Below, piece by piece: positions 49,100-52,167 of a DNA stretch of 52,167 nt. Position numbers and translations under genes: made by a program. The notes below the pieces were generated by a model. The model had not been told where the DNA came from. It made no database searches and saw nothing but the letters and a program-made list of their open reading frames with translations. Location: the NCBI GenBank assembly GCA_015520605.1, contig WAPT01000020.1, positions 1-52,167 on the forward strand. Reading direction: 5' to 3'. Every line of letters begins with the position of its first letter. The first letter of the stretch is position 1. Origin of the DNA: Nanobdellati archaeon (lineage in GTDB: Archaea; EX4484-52; WAPT01).

Positions 49100-49480
49100 T
49101 CACTCTTTTCTATTTCCCGCTTCTATTACCCTCTTAACCACAATAAGTAATTTATCGGCATTGTCGAGCACGAGCTTTATGTCAGCTTCGATTGCATCAT
49201 TTATGTGCACGCCACCAGCACACAGCACAGTTGTCTGAAAGTGTTTTGCAAGCTCCTCAGCAAATCTTCTAACGATCACCTCGTCTTTATGGCGAGGAAC
49301 GTTAAAGACCGATAGGGCCGAAGAGCCGCTCTTTCCATCCTTCTTCTCATAATGGGTGGCTATACACACACTTCCTATGTGTGGCTCATCTCCGCCACCG
49401 ATCAGCACGATTATATCCTCGCCCATACTCTGAATCTCCGCCCAGACAGCGTGCCTTCCCTGACCCATCTCGATCCTCAT
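49100..49480 (-). CDS. LpdD-like protein (putative prenylated-FMN chaperone)
   Basis: MGEDIIVLIGGGDEPHIGSV, HKDE and AGGVHI motifs; located between ubiD and ubiX. Confidence 0.75.
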   Translation of the reverse strand: MRIEMGQGRHAVWAEIQSMGEDIIVLIGGGDEPHIGSVCIATHYEKKDGKSGSSALSVFNVPRHKDEVIVRRFAEELAKHFQTTVLCAGGVHINDAIEADIKLVLDNADKLLIVVKRVIEAGNRKE

Positions 49481-49562
49481 TCCGTGTCACCTCGCCAATA
49501 AGGTCTTTATGGATTTATTTCTGATCTGATGATAATGACTGACTCTCTTTCACCACTCCTTT

Positions 49563-50846
49563 TCAACTTACTCTCTTAAACTCATCCTTTCTATCAACCG
49601 GAGCTGTCGCGTCAATTATCCATTTCGCCGTCACATGTCTTTCGGGGTCCTGAGATGGATCTAAGGAAGAGCCCTTGCAGTCGGGTATAATCACCACATC
49701 CCTGTCGGGCTGAACCCTCGTCGCTATGGCCCATTCCACTTCCCTTTCATCCGTAATATCTATATCGTCATCCACCACAACAACCCTCTTAAGGGAAGGG
49801 TGAGCAGCCAAAGCTGCCATTCCAACGTTCTTGCCCTCTCCCTCGACTTTCTTGGTTATTGATACCACCGCATGGAGCCAGCACCCACCAGCTTCGGTGA
49901 GCACCACGTTCTTTACTCTTGGCAGTGTGTTTGAAACTATCTTGAAAATTCTTGGTTCCTGAGGTATACCCATCAGATAGCGATGTTCCACACCACCCGG
50001 CAGAATGGTACGGTAAATGAGGTCATCCCCGAAATAAAGTTTCTCCACCTCCAGCACGGGTTGCTTCCTCACTATATCCCATGTACCAGTAAGGTCAACG
50101 AACGGACCTTCCTCGGCGAGCTCCTTCTTCTTTATCCTCCCGATCATCACCATTTCAGCATGAGCGGGAACATGAAGTCCGTCCTCCAGCTCCACACACT
50201 CCAATTTTCCATCAAGTAAAGAATTCGCAAACTCCATCTCGTTGAATCCAAAAACGAACGATGTGGCAGCTGCAACCTCCACGGCCGGATGGACTCCGTT
50301 AAACACAGCCACCTTAACCTCATCGTTTTTCGCCCTTTCAAGAATTGCCGATAGGTGTCTGCCGGGTATCACCCTCACAACGAACCTGTTCTTGCCCAGG
50401 TACATCATCCGATGGAAGGAGTAGTTGAGTTTGCCCGTTTCCTCATCCTTTGCAACGATAATGGTGCTGGAAGTGTAAAATGAACCATCTTTATCGTAAA
50501 ATTTGAGCAGTGGCACGTATTTTTTTACGTCTGGGTTGTTGATTTCGTTTTCCATGAAAGGCGCATCATCCCTTAACCTGTAGGGTTTGGGATCATCCAT
50601 GCATGTAGCCATTCTGTGAAGAATCTCGCCTCTATTCTTTGCGCCTATCGCCTTTGCTATAACATCCCTCGAGTTCAGGAGTGATGCTAAAACTTTCGCG
50701 TTAGGGTAGTTCTTCACCCGCGTGAAGAGCACAGCCCTCCTTTTCTTTTCGGCCCCGCTGATAAAAGGTGTCATTTCAAGTTCTGTGCTCAGATCCTTGT
50801 TAATTTCCTCCACTTCCTCCATTTCTTCAAGAAACTCACGCAACAT
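49563..50846 (-). CDS. ubiD: UbiD-family decarboxylase, anhydromevalonate phosphate decarboxylase
   Basis: SFHR, EEGPFVDLTGTWD, GGCWLH, HPSLK, VDDDID and WAIATR motifs; MVA gene context. Confidence 0.92.
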   Translation of the reverse strand: MLREFLEEMEEVEEINKDLSTELEMTPFISGAEKKRRAVLFTRVKNYPNAKVLASLLNSRDVIAKAIGAKNRGEILHRMATCMDDPKPYRLRDDAPFMENEINNPDVKKYVPLLKFYDKDGSFYTSSTIIVAKDEETGKLNYSFHRMMYLGKNRFVVRVIPGRHLSAILERAKNDEVKVAVFNGVHPAVEVAAATSFVFGFNEMEFANSLLDGKLECVELEDGLHVPAHAEMVMIGRIKKKELAEEGPFVDLTGTWDIVRKQPVLEVEKLYFGDDLIYRTILPGGVEHRYLMGIPQEPRIFKIVSNTLPRVKNVVLTEAGGCWLHAVVSITKKVEGEGKNVGMAALAAHPSLKRVVVVDDDIDITDEREVEWAIATRVQPDRDVVIIPDCKGSSLDPSQDPERHVTAKWIIDATAPVDRKDEFKRVS

Positions 50847-50994
50847 TCCCTACCCCCCGCACGCTCATTTCATTATCCCCTACCTTGTAATCGAAAATTA
50901 TAATTTTTAATATTGCAATTCTTTTTCCGATAACTTGTTCGTTGTTTGTCGATGGAAGATAACTTAAGTCACGAAGTTCCTTCTATTTCCTACC

Positions 50995-52068
50995 TCACTC
51001 TTCTTCTTCGACCTTCACACCCTCAACTCCCATCTCAGCGATCATAACACGGGCTGCAACTCTCCTCAGAGCACTCTCAACCTTTTCAACACTTCTTTCC
51101 TCCACAAGGGCTATGGCTATCCCCCCACCACCTCCCCCGGAGGGCTTAACTCCAAGAGCTCCGGCTTGTCTTGCTACATCCATAATTCGCTTGAGCTCGG
51201 TCGTAACTATCGGAACGAAATTCTCAAAAATCCCACACCTTTTGTTAATTTCCATACTTACCTCATCGATCTTCTCAAGCAGCTCAGCGTTCCTGTTCAT
51301 CAGCTCTCCCAGCGTTATCCAATCACTCTGTTTGAGAGCCGAAATGCCTCCCATCACAACCTCATCTATCTCGTCAAAGATCTCTTCGTACGCATCGCTT
51401 TCAATTTCTCTCAGCTTTTTTATCTCGCCAACAGTCACTGCGGTCAGAGCCTTAACACCCGTATCAGCTATGATTATGATGGGTCTTTCACTTTCCCTAA
51501 CCTTGACCCTCTCCGTTTCGATGGGGAGCTCTCCCACTCCCCTTTTTTCCTTTCTCCTTACGATGTGTACCCCACCGAAAACGCTTGATGCAAACTCAGC
51601 TCCGCTTGCGGCTCCGCCATGTATTCGCTCTTGGAACGGCAACAGGAGCTCGGGGTATTGAGAAGTATGGATGTGCCAATCATAGAGGGTATTTATTGCA
51701 TGAAAAAAAGCCGAAAGGAATGCTGTTGAGCTGCTAAGTCCTCCACTTTCAGGCGGGATCTCGCTGCTTACAGTTATATTTGCTCCATACTCCATACCGT
51801 ATGTCTGGTGAGAGAACTCAAGGAGCTCAGCTGCAGGCTTCATAACATCATCACACCGCTTAACCGTAAAACATGAGCCTTCAAGTTCCGCAAGGATCTT
51901 ACCATAGCCGGCTGAGCTAACAACCACTTGGTTCTGAGGTAGCTTTTCAGCCGTAACCTTGGTTCTGAGATTCACGGAAGTCACCAGCGCTCTCCTGCCG
52001 TAGACAACGGCATGCTCTCCTATGAAAAACACGTTTCCCGGAGCAGAGGTAGTAATGAGTTCTTTCAT
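50995..52068 (-). CDS. mvk: Mevalonate kinase-like GHMP kinase (divergent)
   Basis: APG.VFFIGEHAVVYG, GLSSS, HG..SG and K.SGGGGGG motifs; first gene of the MVA cluster. Confidence 0.8.
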   Translation of the reverse strand: MKELITTSAPGNVFFIGEHAVVYGRRALVTSVNLRTKVTAEKLPQNQVVVSSAGYGKILAELEGSCFTVKRCDDVMKPAAELLEFSHQTYGMEYGANITVSSEIPPESGGLSSSTAFLSAFFHAINTLYDWHIHTSQYPELLLPFQERIHGGAASGAEFASSVFGGVHIVRRKEKRGVGELPIETERVKVRESERPIIIIADTGVKALTAVTVGEIKKLREIESDAYEEIFDEIDEVVMGGISALKQSDWITLGELMNRNAELLEKIDEVSMEINKRCGIFENFVPIVTTELKRIMDVARQAGALGVKPSGGGGGGIAIALVEERSVEKVESALRRVAARVMIAEMGVEGVKVEEEE

Positions 52069-52167
52069 GTAGACACCACGAAGTTTTATTTTCGGCATTT
52101 GATGAATATTAAGTTTGCCGTTTCCAAAAAATTTAAATACTATCCTTCTCTATCATTTACCGTCGAA

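Noticed and set aside
49505-49545. C/D box sRNA-like CTGA..TGATGA..CTGA
   Set aside because: The guide segment is only ~6 nt and there is no convincing upstream C box.
50894-50907. 14-bp palindrome AAAATTATAATTTT upstream of ubiD
   Set aside because: Composed only of A/T within a promoter region; low information content.

Overview
This is archaeal chromosomal DNA, most likely from a (hyper)thermophile: it carries reverse gyrase, an HMf-type histone, aRF1, aIF5A, PAN, Nob1, Trm56, Taw1 and Elp3. Several small orphan and membrane families suggest a DPANN-like lineage, but that is inference only. The window is mostly housekeeping: about 53 intact CDSs and one tRNA-Ile(GAT). It includes a four-subunit 2-oxoacid (pyruvate-type):ferredoxin oxidoreductase operon and a sugar kinase/phosphatase cluster. 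At the right end is a compact, co-oriented cluster for the whole lower archaeal (Aeropyrum-type) mevalonate pathway: a divergent mevalonate kinase, UbiD-type anhydromevalonate phosphate decarboxylase, an LpdD-like protein, both phosphomevalonate dehydratase subunits, UbiX and isopentenyl phosphate kinase. The least explained region is 20.9-23.3 kb, next to the tRNA. There a TATA promoter precedes an ~400-nt leader with four successive hairpins and a 68-codon uORF with a Phe/Tyr/Trp run, followed by a 435-aa orphan and a translationally coupled pseudogene. Other oddities are a probable in-frame TAG in a Tat lipoprotein, decayed gene remnants and recurrent 12-bp tandem duplications. I found no CRISPR array, rRNA, integrase or transposase. 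All calls are from manual motif recognition; no database searches were run.
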